Source of the DNA: an uncultured Bacilli bacterium
GTDB lineage: Bacteria; Bacillota_I; Bacilli_A; RF39; UBA660
Assembly (NCBI GenBank): GCA_947586655.1
Contig: CANPXR010000002.1
Location: 1-35,595 of the forward strand
Direction of reading: 5' to 3'
Length of the DNA stretch: 35,595 nucleotides
Part shown: positions 17,498 to 26,962 of the stretch, in pieces
How the letters are laid out: each line of letters starts with the position of its first letter
Numbering within the stretch: position 1 is the first letter of the stretch
Notes under the pieces: model-generated
Told to the model about the DNA's origin: nothing
The model's input: only the letters and a program-made list of their open reading frames with translations
Database searches by the model: none
Position numbers and translations under genes: made by a program

Positions 17498-18614
17498 TTT
17501 TCCACGTTCTACTATTAACGATGTTATAATAACTTTGAATTATTTTTACAACTTTAAGTGATACGTTAGTATCCTTATAATCTCTTACTAAGTTATCTTT
17601 TCTTTCTTCCCTTGAATTAACCGCAAGTTCAATCGAATTTAGTATATCTCTTTCATTTATTCCACCTAAAACAATACTTCCAGCATCCAAAGCTTCCGGT
17701 CTTTCAGTACTTGTTCTTAATGAAATTCCTGGGAAGTTTAGTATATCGCTTTCTTCTGGAATAGTACCGCTATCTGATAAAACACAATATGAATGTTTTT
17801 GCAAATTAACATAGTCAAAAAATCCTAATGGTTCCAAATTCTTTATTAGAGGATTTAATTTTACGTTACTTTCCTTTATTTTTTTAGCAGTTCTTGGATG
17901 AGTTGAAAATATAATTGGCATATCATAAGTTTCGGCTACTTTATTTAAACTATTCATTAAACTTTCAAAGTTCTTTTTGATATCTATATTTTCTTCTCTA
18001 TGTGCACTAACTACAAAATATTTTTTATCCTCTAAATTTAAACGCGTTAGCACATCTGAAGAATCTATACTTTTCATATTTTTATATAAAACTTCCTTCA
18101 TAGGAGAACCAGTTACGTATAAAAAATCATTTTTTATACCTTCATTAATTAAATATCTTCTAGCATTTTCTGTATAAGCTAAATTAACATCACTTACATG
18201 GTCTACTATTCTTCTGTTAATTTCTTCAGGCACATTAAAATCAAAGCACCTGTTACCCGCTTCCATATGAAAAATAGGAACTTTTAATCTTTTTGCAGAA
18301 TAAGCCGCTAAACAACTATTAGTATCCCCTAAAACTAATAAAGCATCTGGTTTTTCTTTATCTATTACTTCATATGTTTTTGCAATTATATTTCCTACTG
18401 TTTCTCCTAAATTTTTACCAGGAGCATCTAAATAATAGTCTGGGTTTTTAAGACCAAACTCCTTAAAGAATATTTCATTTAAAGTATAGTCATAATTTTG
18501 ACCCGTATGAACTAATACCAAGTCAAAATATTTATCAATTGCCTTTATTGTTTCTGATAATCTAATTATTTCAGGTCTTGTACCAACAACAACCATAACT
18601 TTTAATTTTTTCAT
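17487..18614 (-). CDS. fnlC: UDP-2-acetamido-2,6-dideoxy-L-talose 2-epimerase (CapG/FnlC; non-hydrolysing UDP-GlcNAc 2-epimerase family)
   Basis: MKKLKVMVVVGTRPEIIRLSETIKAIDKYFDLVLVHTGQNYDYTLNEIFF...LGDTNSCLAAYSAKRLKVPIFHMEAGNRCFDFNVPEEINRRIVDHVSDVNL is nearly colinear with S. aureus Cap5G. I set the start at the second ATG (GAAGGA SD). Confidence 0.85.
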   Translation of the reverse strand: MKKLKVMVVVGTRPEIIRLSETIKAIDKYFDLVLVHTGQNYDYTLNEIFFKEFGLKNPDYYLDAPGKNLGETVGNIIAKTYEVIDKEKPDALLVLGDTNSCLAAYSAKRLKVPIFHMEAGNRCFDFNVPEEINRRIVDHVSDVNLAYTENARRYLINEGIKNDFLYVTGSPMKEVLYKNMKSIDSSDVLTRLNLEDKKYFVVSAHREENIDIKKNFESLMNSLNKVAETYDMPIIFSTHPRTAKKIKESNVKLNPLIKNLEPLGFFDYVNLQKHSYCVLSDSGTIPEESDILNFPGISLRTSTERPEALDAGSIVLGGINERDILNSIELAVNSREERKDNLVRDYKDTNVSLKVVKIIQSYYNIVNSRTWKKQQ

Positions 18615-18633
18615 ATTATTTCCTTCTTTCATA

Positions 18634-20232
18634 CTATATTACTTTTTTTAAATCACTATTTTTAATAGGATACAAACATTTTCCGGTAATAATGATTTTT
18701 TCATTTTCACTTTTTAATGGTACTTTTATCCACTCCTTATCTATAAATATATTATTTTTAGGTATACCACTTATATTTTTTACTCTTTTCTTTTTTTGAT
18801 TATTTAATACACAATAAATCCTTAAACTTTTTATTTTATATCCCGCTGAAAAAGATGGACTCCATAACATATAAGATGCGTTTTTAATTAACTCATACTC
18901 ATATCTAAAAGCACCCTTTTTAAATACCCTATTATCAACAAATGATTTAATGAGCTTATCTTTAGAATCCAAAAATTTTATTTCTGGTTTTATACATATA
19001 TGTATCACTTTTTCTTTTGATATTATTTTTTCAAGATTTATCTTTCTTTCTAACTCCTTATAATAATCACTTTTAGGTATGGTTTTTTTCCTGTAAGATA
19101 ATTTCAACAACTTAGAATCACTAGGCAAAAATAAATTTCCACTTATGTTTATTTTTTTTAGTATTTTACCTGGTTTTGTTGGAATGTACATGGTTGGACA
19201 CTCACCATTAAAGAAGAAAGTTCCATCTTTATTTAAAAATGAACCAAAAGCTAAGCCTAAATCAATTATTTCATTACTTTTATCTTTATAAGTAACACTT
19301 ACTTCTAAATTATTTATCGCAAAGCCCCACAAAATAGAAGGTTCCCAGCAAATTACGTCTCTTGCTCCAGTTACTTCATAAGTTTGTGAAAAATTACCTG
19401 GTTTAAATTTTTTATCATACAATTTATAAGATGAGCCTTTATGTTCTAACTCATAATTAGCTATTATAGCAGATTCCATTTCAAACGATGATATTATAGA
19501 TTGAGAAAGAGCACGCTCCCACTCATTATAAAATCCTCTTTTTGAAAAATCAAACTTTATGTTATTATCGTCAAAAATCTCTTTGGTTGCTTTCAACCAT
19601 TTTCCAGAGAACAAACCGTACTTCGTAAGGTCATAAGGAAATATTTGCGATTGATCATTTAGCATTATATAAAATTCGTCTTTTTTATATAACGTATTAC
19701 TTCGCTTAGTAGCATTAATTTCCCATTCCCAAATGTTTTCCTTGTAACCTTCGGTGTATTTTAACAACTGTTTTTTATTCCAAATTCCCGCTATGGCAGC
19801 TACTTTAGAATTAGAAACCGAAGACCTTTTCGCAAAGCCATCGTACATACAATTTTTAGAATCTGAGTATACTGGCCAAAACGTAAATGTAGCTATTTTT
19901 TCATCTTGTTTTAACCAATTTAAACAATCATTAATTTTATTAGAATTAACATAATCATAAAGGAAAAAATCATCTAACATTAAAATAACATAATCAGAAC
20001 TGATTTTTTTAAGAACGTCCGTTATACGTTCGGTCCAGGAACAATTAGGATTATCGGGATGAATATTTTTAATTTTAAAATATTTATTTTTATAATTTGT
20101 TGATTCTGTACTTAAGACTATATCATAAGGTAAGTCTTTCCAATATTTATTAAGCAACTTAAAAAATGGTTCTAATATATCAACATAAGAATCACAACTA
20201 TTTATTAGTAACGTACAAGAATTGCTAGCCAT
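18634..20232 (-). CDS. Unknown protein: GT-A-like N-terminal domain (DDF motif) + internally duplicated C-terminal beta-rich domain
   Basis: 532 aa with LLINSCDSYVDILEPFF...YVILMLDDFFLY. Two C-terminal segments share a pattern: Y.V.....V.CWEPS...GF.I..L.V.V versus YEYEL....YMLWSPSFSAGYKIKSLRIYCV. I recognise no family. Confidence 0.3.
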   Translation of the reverse strand: MASNSCTLLINSCDSYVDILEPFFKLLNKYWKDLPYDIVLSTESTNYKNKYFKIKNIHPDNPNCSWTERITDVLKKISSDYVILMLDDFFLYDYVNSNKINDCLNWLKQDEKIATFTFWPVYSDSKNCMYDGFAKRSSVSNSKVAAIAGIWNKKQLLKYTEGYKENIWEWEINATKRSNTLYKKDEFYIMLNDQSQIFPYDLTKYGLFSGKWLKATKEIFDDNNIKFDFSKRGFYNEWERALSQSIISSFEMESAIIANYELEHKGSSYKLYDKKFKPGNFSQTYEVTGARDVICWEPSILWGFAINNLEVSVTYKDKSNEIIDLGLAFGSFLNKDGTFFFNGECPTMYIPTKPGKILKKINISGNLFLPSDSKLLKLSYRKKTIPKSDYYKELERKINLEKIISKEKVIHICIKPEIKFLDSKDKLIKSFVDNRVFKKGAFRYEYELIKNASYMLWSPSFSAGYKIKSLRIYCVLNNQKKKRVKNISGIPKNNIFIDKEWIKVPLKSENEKIIITGKCLYPIKNSDLKKVI

Positions 20233-20233
20233 T

Positions 20234-22111
20234 TTATAACTCCTTCAGAATTATTTTATTTTCGCCTATGATTTCATATAGTGTTTCTTCTTTAATAGTA
20301 GTATCAAAAGCACTTTCTAAAAAAGTTTTCATTTTATCATCGTAGTTATAGACAAAAACATAATCATAATTTTCTTTTAATAAATATTTTACGAATTCTT
20401 CTTTATCCTGATAATTATTTACACTACCAAAGTAATTTTTAATTTTAATGTTATTATCTATAAGTAAATTATACAATCTATGATGCATAATAGGAAAATC
20501 TTCATAAGTAGCAAAAAATATATTAACCCCGTCTTTAGAAGGTTTAACTTTTGATAATATTTTTTTCTCATCTTTCATAGTCTCATTTAGTATTTTTTTA
20601 TTATAGTCATAAGAATAGTCGTTACCCTGCAACAGAGTTGAGTCTCCAATGCTTCTAAAAGGAATAAAAACTATAATTGATACTAAAACAATGGCTAATT
20701 TCATAAACTTTTTATCATGCTTTAATACGTTTTCAATAATTACCAAACCCAAGAACATAAAAATTGCTAAAAGGGTTGTGTTATTATAACGTTCAAAACA
20801 CAATACGTCACCATACTTTAAGGCATACAAAAATATAAGAGCAAACCAATAAGCAAAACTTGAACCAATTATTCCTACGGACGGAAACAAATATTTCAAG
20901 CGCTGTTTTTTAGAAGACAAAATAATTATCACAATTGCCGTTAGAACATAAAATAAAATAATATTTATATATGTTAGATATTTATTTATTTCTATTATGC
21001 TGGAGCCAACCATACTCCTAGTGTAAGAAGTGTATAAGTCATCTTTAATAATTCTTTTCTGTTCATCAGTTGGTTTAGTAATTAACTGAGTCATTTTACT
21101 AGGAGTAAACACGGAAGAAACACTACCAGCTTTATCATAAGTTCTTAAGCTTAAGCTCCAACTAAACATTAAAAACAATAAAAATATTATCGGAATAACT
21201 ATGAGTTTATAATTTTTTATCTTTCGATAGTCTTTATTTTTATAATAAAGTATTTCCGTTACGATGGAAACAAATATAGAAATCAAGCAAAAAATTATTC
21301 CGTTTTCTTTTAATAAATATACTAATGCTATTGATAATAAATAATTAATTAAATTAAATTTATTTTTATATGGATTCTTTGTTAATAAATAAAAATTATA
21401 TCCAATTGCTAAACCTAAAATAGAATCTACATATAAACTTTTATAATAAAAACCCCAATCAAGTCCGTTATTATAAAATATCATCGGTGTAAAAATAACA
21501 AATATCATGTATGGGATAATAACATAAAAATTTTTCCATTTTATATTTTTTAATAAAGGTAAAAATAATACGGCTCCTAATAAGCAAAAGGAAAAATGCA
21601 AATAATTTTCTTGAAAATTTCCCAAGATTTTCATACAAAAGTACTGAAATAGTTGAATTCCTGGTAAATATGTATCCATTCCTTTAATAGCGTATAATAA
21701 AGTGTCATTACCAAATTGAATATTATCAGTGTAATACAATGCTTTAGGATATGCACCCCATAGCCTTAATTCGTCAAATAAATATAATAAGGAATCTTTT
21801 GTTAAATACCATATTATTAAATATAATAATGTAAAGCATAAAGCTCCAGGAGTAATTAATCTTTTTAAGGCTTCTTTAACGTTCTTTTTCCTTACTAAAT
21901 AGAATGCTGATGTAGCATAGAGTAAAAAAGATATAAAAAGAGCTAAAAATAATCCTATTTTTAAAAGGTCAATAATATAAAATAAATATAAAAAGAATAT
22001 AACTCCTAAGAAATATAAGGGAATACCTTCTTCAAAATTTTTATCTAAAACACAGGCGCAAAAAACTCCAAAGGATGAAAGAACTATAAATAAAAGTATA
22101 AAACCTAACAT
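20234..22111 (-). CDS. Polytopic membrane protein, paralog of 10463-12334 (candidate GT-C-type transferase)
   Basis: 625 aa with >10 hydrophobic helices, the QLFQYFCMKILGNFQE block and a C-terminal soluble domain ending ..NYDYVFVYNYDD... Confidence 0.45.
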   Translation of the reverse strand: MLGFILLFIVLSSFGVFCACVLDKNFEEGIPLYFLGVIFFLYLFYIIDLLKIGLFLALFISFLLYATSAFYLVRKKNVKEALKRLITPGALCFTLLYLIIWYLTKDSLLYLFDELRLWGAYPKALYYTDNIQFGNDTLLYAIKGMDTYLPGIQLFQYFCMKILGNFQENYLHFSFCLLGAVLFLPLLKNIKWKNFYVIIPYMIFVIFTPMIFYNNGLDWGFYYKSLYVDSILGLAIGYNFYLLTKNPYKNKFNLINYLLSIALVYLLKENGIIFCLISIFVSIVTEILYYKNKDYRKIKNYKLIVIPIIFLLFLMFSWSLSLRTYDKAGSVSSVFTPSKMTQLITKPTDEQKRIIKDDLYTSYTRSMVGSSIIEINKYLTYINIILFYVLTAIVIIILSSKKQRLKYLFPSVGIIGSSFAYWFALIFLYALKYGDVLCFERYNNTTLLAIFMFLGLVIIENVLKHDKKFMKLAIVLVSIIVFIPFRSIGDSTLLQGNDYSYDYNKKILNETMKDEKKILSKVKPSKDGVNIFFATYEDFPIMHHRLYNLLIDNNIKIKNYFGSVNNYQDKEEFVKYLLKENYDYVFVYNYDDKMKTFLESAFDTTIKEETLYEIIGENKIILKEL

Positions 22112-22156
22112 AATAACTCCTTCCTTTATTTAATTTTAAGTATTTTCTAGTTAGTA

Positions 22157-23257
22157 TTATACCTCCATATAATACGTATCTGGTTTATCTTTATCAAATA
22201 TTTCATTACACCATAAGAATAAAATCATTGGTGTATCTCCTACGTTTTCTATTTTATGTGTGTATCCCGGTGGGATTGTAATTATTTGAATGTTACTTTC
22301 GTCAACATCATAAGTGTATATTTCATCACTAAATATATGTCTAAAGCTTATTTTAGCTTTTCCTTGTACAACAATAAACCTTTCCATTTTAGTATGATGA
22401 TAGTGATTACCTCTTACTACTCCTGGTTTTGATGTGGAAACAGAAAACTGCCCACATCCTTTTGTATGAACTAATTCAGTAAAGCTGCCCCTATCATCAA
22501 TGTTCATCTTTGATTGTGCGCTCATTTTTGATATGTCAATGTAACTTACATAAGTAGCAAACAATTTCTTAATGAAATCATCTCCTGTTTCTGGAATACT
22601 TATGCTTTCCATATCAACTTTAAAAGAACGAATTAATGAAGCTATTTCGCCAAGTGTTTTCTTATATCTTGGGTTTATATAACATATTCTACCTTCTTTT
22701 TCACTAGGTTCTTTACCTTTCATAACGCTTATAAATTCTTCTACTATGTCATCTATATAAATAAGTTCTAGCTCAGTATTTTCGTCATTTACTGTAATAT
22801 CAAGATTATTTGCAACATTATAACAAAAAGTTGCAATAACAGAATTATAATTTGGTCTGCACCATTTTCCAAATACGTTATGTAATCTAAATATTATTGA
22901 GTTTTTATAACTTAATAAAATATCTTCAGCCTGTTTTTTACTTTTACCATAATCATTATCCATTATGGCCTGTATGCTAGAAGTAAATATAATTGGTGTA
23001 TTTAAATTATTAGTTTTTAATAAGTTTAAGATGTTAGAAGTTAAATCAGTATTCCCACTATAAAATTCTTTTACGTCCTTTGGCCTATTTATTCCTGCTA
23101 AATGAAATATAAAATCAAAATCTTTAATTTTATTTTTTAAATCATCAATGCTATCATTAACGTCAAATTCAGTTACCTCAACACCATCTTCAGTTTTTAA
23201 TCTTGCTACTAAATTTTTTCCTATAAAACCTTTAGCTCCTGTTACTAATACTTTCAT
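22157..23257 (-). CDS. fnlB: UDP-2-acetamido-2,6-dideoxy-L-lyxo-4-hexulose reductase (CapF/FnlB): SDR + C-terminal cupin
   Basis: MKVLVTGAKGFIGKNL Rossmann N-terminus and a C-terminal cupin (..RGNHYHHTKMERFIVVQGKA..). The 366-aa length and two-domain architecture are typical of Cap5F. Adjacent to the capE-like gene. Confidence 0.85.
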   Translation of the reverse strand: MKVLVTGAKGFIGKNLVARLKTEDGVEVTEFDVNDSIDDLKNKIKDFDFIFHLAGINRPKDVKEFYSGNTDLTSNILNLLKTNNLNTPIIFTSSIQAIMDNDYGKSKKQAEDILLSYKNSIIFRLHNVFGKWCRPNYNSVIATFCYNVANNLDITVNDENTELELIYIDDIVEEFISVMKGKEPSEKEGRICYINPRYKKTLGEIASLIRSFKVDMESISIPETGDDFIKKLFATYVSYIDISKMSAQSKMNIDDRGSFTELVHTKGCGQFSVSTSKPGVVRGNHYHHTKMERFIVVQGKAKISFRHIFSDEIYTYDVDESNIQIITIPPGYTHKIENVGDTPMILFLWCNEIFDKDKPDTYYMEV

Positions 23258-23278
23258 AAAACTATCCTTTCTACCAAA

Positions 23279-23304
23279 TTAGCCTTAGTTTAATCTAAGG
23301 CTAA
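23279..23304 (-). promoter_or_regulatory. Perfect 10-bp-stem intercistronic hairpin between the capE-like and capF-like genes
   Basis: TTAGCCTTAG-TTTAAT-CTAAGGCTAA. Only a weak U-tract follows (TTTGG) on the minus strand, so it is more likely an mRNA stability or processing element than a full terminator. Confidence 0.4.
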
Positions 23305-23311
23305 TACATCA

Positions 23312-24307
23312 TTATTTAAATAAATCTAATTTTAATAATAATTTTTTCATACCTTCAACATCTAAACGTTTTGTATTATGAGAGTTGTATTCTTCTACTT
23401 CTTCTAATTTACTATTACCGTCTGATGTATATCTTTCATAATTTAAATCCCTATTATCTGCTGGAACACAGAAATAGTCACCTAAATCAATAGCATTAAC
23501 CATTTCTTCTTTAGTAACTAAAACCTCATATAACTTTTCTCCATGGCGAGTTCCTATATTTCTTACACCATTACCCTGTCCTTTTAACTCTAATACAGCT
23601 TTAGCTAAAACGTCTATGGTTGCGGCAGGTGCTTTTTGAACAAACAAATCACCTTGTTTACCATTTTCAAATGCATAGATTACCAAATCAACTGCATCTT
23701 CTAACGTCATCATAAACCTTGTCATTTCTGGATTAGTAATGGTTAAATCCTTTCCTTCTTTTATTTGATCTAAAAATAAAGGAATTACAGAACCACGTGA
23801 CGCCATAACGTTACCATATCTTGTTCTACATATTACGGTTTCATCTTCTTTTAAATTTCTTCCCTTTGCAATGGCTACTTTTTCCATCATAGCCTTACTC
23901 ATTCCCATTGCGTTAATTGGGTATGCTGCTTTATCAGTACTTAGTACAATAACTTTTTTTACTTTATTTTTTATTGCGGCATCCAAAACGTTATTAGTTC
24001 CTAATACGTTTGTTTTAACTGCTTCTATTGGGAAAAATTCACATGATGGCACTTGTTTTAAAGCTGCTGCATGAAATACATAATCAACACCTTTCATGGC
24101 ATCATCGATACTACGTGCATCTCTTACGTCTCCAATATAAAACTTTAATTTTGGGTTATTATAGATTTTCCTCATATCATCTTGTTTTTTTTCATCCCTA
24201 GAGAAAACCCTTATTTCTTTTAAATCTGAATCTAAGAATCTTTTTAGTACTGCGTTTCCAAAAGATCCTGTTCCTCCTGTTATTAATAATATTTTGTCTT
24301 TAAACAT
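23312..24307 (-). CDS. fnlA: UDP-N-acetylglucosamine 4,6-dehydratase/5-epimerase (CapE/FnlA/WbjB)
   Basis: MFKDKILLITGGTGSFGNAVLKRFLDSDLKEIRVFSRDEKKQDDMRKIYNNPKLKFYIGDVRD...FHAAALKQVPSCEFFPIEAVKTNVLGT...LSTDKAAYPINAMGMSKAMMEK is almost identical in pattern to S. aureus Cap5E. Confidence 0.92.
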   Translation of the reverse strand: MFKDKILLITGGTGSFGNAVLKRFLDSDLKEIRVFSRDEKKQDDMRKIYNNPKLKFYIGDVRDARSIDDAMKGVDYVFHAAALKQVPSCEFFPIEAVKTNVLGTNNVLDAAIKNKVKKVIVLSTDKAAYPINAMGMSKAMMEKVAIAKGRNLKEDETVICRTRYGNVMASRGSVIPLFLDQIKEGKDLTITNPEMTRFMMTLEDAVDLVIYAFENGKQGDLFVQKAPAATIDVLAKAVLELKGQGNGVRNIGTRHGEKLYEVLVTKEEMVNAIDLGDYFCVPADNRDLNYERYTSDGNSKLEEVEEYNSHNTKRLDVEGMKKLLLKLDLFK

Positions 24308-24324
24308 AATTGATACCTTCCTTT

Positions 24325-25059
24325 CTACTTCATTTGAGCTTTATAATAGGCTTCACAAACTTTTTTTGTATCACCCATCATTACTATTTTACCATGTTCA
24401 AGCCAAATAACTTTAGTACATATTTCTTTTATTGCATCTAAAGAATGAGATACGTATAACACGGTGGTCCCTCCACCTATCATACTTTCCATTTTCTTTT
24501 TACTCTTTTCTTGAAATTTAATATCACCAACTGATAATATTTCATCAACTATTAATATTTCTGGATCAACTATGGTTGCGATTGAAAAAGCAAGTTTTGC
24601 GGTCATACCAGAAGAAAAGTTTTTAACCGGAACGTCTAAAAATTCTCTCAGCTCTGAAAATTCCACTATTTCCTCAAACTTTTTTTCCAAAAAACCTTTA
24701 GAATATCCAAGAATTGCACCATTTAAGTATATGTTTTCTCTTGCGGTAAGTTCCAAATCAAATCCCGCTCCTAATTCTATCATTGGGGATATAACACCAT
24801 TTACGGTTACTTTTCCTTTAGTAGGTTTCATAACTCCACTTACTACTTTAAGAAGAGTTGATTTGCCCGCCCCATTACTACCTATAAGTCCAACTACTTC
24901 ACCTTTATCAACATTAAAAGAAATATCTTTTAATGCCCAAAAGTCTGTTTTTCTTTTCCTTTTTTTCTTGCTGAAAATTGATATAAGTAATTCTTTTAAT
25001 GAGAAATTTTTTTCAATACCTAAATCAAATTTCATCGATACATTTTCTATTCTTATCAT
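24325..25059 (-). CDS. ABC transporter ATP-binding protein, TagH/Wzt/RgpD-type, no C-terminal carbohydrate-binding extension
   Basis: Walker A GSNGAGKST, signature FSSGMTAKL, Walker B ILIVDE. At 244 aa it contains the NBD only. Confidence 0.9.
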   Translation of the reverse strand: MIRIENVSMKFDLGIEKNFSLKELLISIFSKKKRKRKTDFWALKDISFNVDKGEVVGLIGSNGAGKSTLLKVVSGVMKPTKGKVTVNGVISPMIELGAGFDLELTARENIYLNGAILGYSKGFLEKKFEEIVEFSELREFLDVPVKNFSSGMTAKLAFSIATIVDPEILIVDEILSVGDIKFQEKSKKKMESMIGGGTTVLYVSHSLDAIKEICTKVIWLEHGKIVMMGDTKKVCEAYYKAQMK

Positions 25060-25068
25060 CTTACCCTC

Positions 25069-25875
25069 CTACGCATAATAAACAAATTTATCTTGGTTCT
25101 TCTTAAATACTAAAGCTCCAATAGCAAGGGTAACAACTCCAATTACACCAATTATTAGAAGAGTTAGTGCAGAAGGACATTTTCCGTATAGCACGATGCT
25201 TCTTGCTGAAGATAAAAATTGATAAAGTGGATTAAGTTCAAATAGTGCTTGCAATTTTTTTGGAAGTATTTCAATACTATAAAATACCGGCGTTAAATAG
25301 TTCCATAATGTTATTACTATACCATATATGTGAAGCATATCTCTAAAAAATACCGAAATACACGATAATAACAAACTAATACCAACAGTAAATAAAAACA
25401 TGCAAAAGAAAATATAAGGTAGTAATAAATAATACCAATTTATGTGACAAGTATACTCACCTAATCCAACGTATGATAAAAGAATTATTCCAATCCAAGG
25501 AATTAAAGTTAATACGAAATTTATTCCTACAAACATGCATTTTGCTATTGGAAAAATATACTTAGGAATATATACTTTGTTTATCAAAGTAAAATTAGTT
25601 ATGACAGAAGACATTGCCGTAGTTGATGCCTCATTAAAATAGTTAAACATTATAAGACCTGTCATTAAATACACTAAATAATTTATGCCTTCCACTTTAA
25701 ACCTAAACATTTGGGAAAAAACAACCGCCATAACGCTCATCATTAAAATAGGATATAACAAACTCCAAACAACACCTAAAACGGATCTTTTGTACTTAAC
25801 CTTAAAATCTCTAGAAATTAACTGAGTTAATAAAAACCAATATTTTTTAAAATTTATAAAAATACTTTTCACCAT
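25069..25875 (-). CDS. ABC-2 type polysaccharide/teichoic-acid export permease (TagG/Wzm/RgpC-type)
   Basis: 268 aa, six hydrophobic helices, N-terminal ..LISRDFKVKYKRSVLGVVWSLLYP.. typical of the ABC-2 family. Adjacent to the ATPase gene. Confidence 0.85.
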   Translation of the reverse strand: MVKSIFINFKKYWFLLTQLISRDFKVKYKRSVLGVVWSLLYPILMMSVMAVVFSQMFRFKVEGINYLVYLMTGLIMFNYFNEASTTAMSSVITNFTLINKVYIPKYIFPIAKCMFVGINFVLTLIPWIGIILLSYVGLGEYTCHINWYYLLLPYIFFCMFLFTVGISLLLSCISVFFRDMLHIYGIVITLWNYLTPVFYSIEILPKKLQALFELNPLYQFLSSARSIVLYGKCPSALTLLIIGVIGVVTLAIGALVFKKNQDKFVYYA

Positions 25876-25925
25876 ATTATTTACCTCTGTATACGTATTT
25901 TATTATAACATACTTTTATCTATTT

Positions 25926-26855
25926 TCAATTATAAATAAACCAACATAAGCGAATTAATAACTTATGAGTCTTAATAATTCGTTTAAATATAGGCTCCTT
26001 TTTAAAATATATGTTTTTTCTCCAATTAGGAAAATTATCATTCAAAAAAGAAAATGATTCATTTAAAAATTTTATTTTTAATTCTTTTTTCTTTTGCTTA
26101 CCTTGTTGAAGATTATACCTTGATAGCAAAACGATGTTTAAATATTCTGTTTCTTCTTTTAAAAACGAATGTTTACTTAAACTAGAATTTGCCATACGTA
26201 GTATTTTTAGTATGTCAAAGACCCTCTCATCCATTGAGGTTGTTTCGCTTCTATCATGAATTATGTAATAATAAAGGTATTCATTTAATTTAATCGTATT
26301 TTTAGAATTTAATAGTGCACTAACCACGAAAGGCACATCCTCATACTTTAAATTTTCTGCAAACAAAGAAGTTAATATAGTTTTTGAAAATAATTTACCA
26401 CATGGTCCAAGTGGTATATTAATAAGCTGCTCTTTATTATCCTTAATATTACCATTTTTAAACGTTATTTTATTATCTTTTAACGTGTCAGCGTCAAAAA
26501 CTTTATACATATCACAAATAACAATATCAGCATTTTTACTAGTTGCGGTATTTAACATTTTTTCTAAAAATAAAGAAGAAACATAATCATCTGAATCAAC
26601 GAATACAACGTACTTTCCTTTTGCATGTTTTAGTCCCGTATTCCTAGCCACTCCTATTCCATTATTTTTAGTTGATATAATCTTAATGTTATTATTTTTA
26701 TATTTTTTAATTAAGTTTAATGAGCCATCAGTTGAACCATCGTTAACTATAATAATTTCATAAGATTTTATCGTTTGTGATACTAAACTATCAAGGCATT
26801 TTTCTATGTATTTTTCGGAATTATATACTGGTACTATTACTGATATATCAAGCAT
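25926..26855 (-). CDS. GT2 glycosyltransferase (first gene of the locus)
   Basis: ISVIVPVYNSEKYIEKCLDSLVSQTIKSYEIIIVNDGSTDGS...VVFVDSDDYV. Confidence 0.85.
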   Translation of the reverse strand: MLDISVIVPVYNSEKYIEKCLDSLVSQTIKSYEIIIVNDGSTDGSLNLIKKYKNNNIKIISTKNNGIGVARNTGLKHAKGKYVVFVDSDDYVSSLFLEKMLNTATSKNADIVICDMYKVFDADTLKDNKITFKNGNIKDNKEQLINIPLGPCGKLFSKTILTSLFAENLKYEDVPFVVSALLNSKNTIKLNEYLYYYIIHDRSETTSMDERVFDILKILRMANSSLSKHSFLKEETEYLNIVLLSRYNLQQGKQKKKELKIKFLNESFSFLNDNFPNWRKNIYFKKEPIFKRIIKTHKLLIRLCWFIYN

Positions 26856-26920
26856 GTTATATTTCCTTTCTATTAGTTATCCTATATTTAATTATATTAT
26901 ATATTTAATAATTTTACAAT

Positions 26921-26948
26921 TTAAAAAATATTGGTTTAAAAACCAATA
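26921..26948 (-). terminator. Rho-independent terminator insulating the glycan locus from the upstream ORF
   Basis: Minus strand reads TATTGGTTTTTAAACCAATA + TTTTTTAAATTG. A TTGTAA-17 nt-TATAAT candidate promoter follows within 26860-26920. Confidence 0.6.
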
Positions 26949-26962
26949 CTTTTAATTTATTT

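Noticed and set aside
23279-23304. The perfect 10-bp hairpin between the capE-like and capF-like genes as a transcription terminator.
   Set aside because: The U-tract after the stem is poor (TTTGG), and the two genes form one biosynthetic pathway. I list it as a possible mRNA processing or stability element instead.
24572-25078. 168-aa plus-strand ORF, the longest of many plus-strand ORFs in the track. The others are 1275-1550, 3926-4126, 4754-4942, 8480-8668, 10800-10991, 11472-11663, 14061-14360, 14866-15105, 17977-18177, 19754-19954, 23871-24074, 27276-27503, 29543-29737, 29906-30145, 31676-31876 and 33864-34076. The minus-strand ORF 29341-29526 is treated the same way.
   Set aside because: Each lies antisense to, and fully inside, a confidently recognised gene: the plus-strand ORFs within minus-strand genes, and 29341-29526 within the plus-strand wHTH-phosphoesterase gene. 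Their translations are low-complexity (F/L/I/S-rich) with no SD, so they are typical shadow ORFs of AT-rich DNA.
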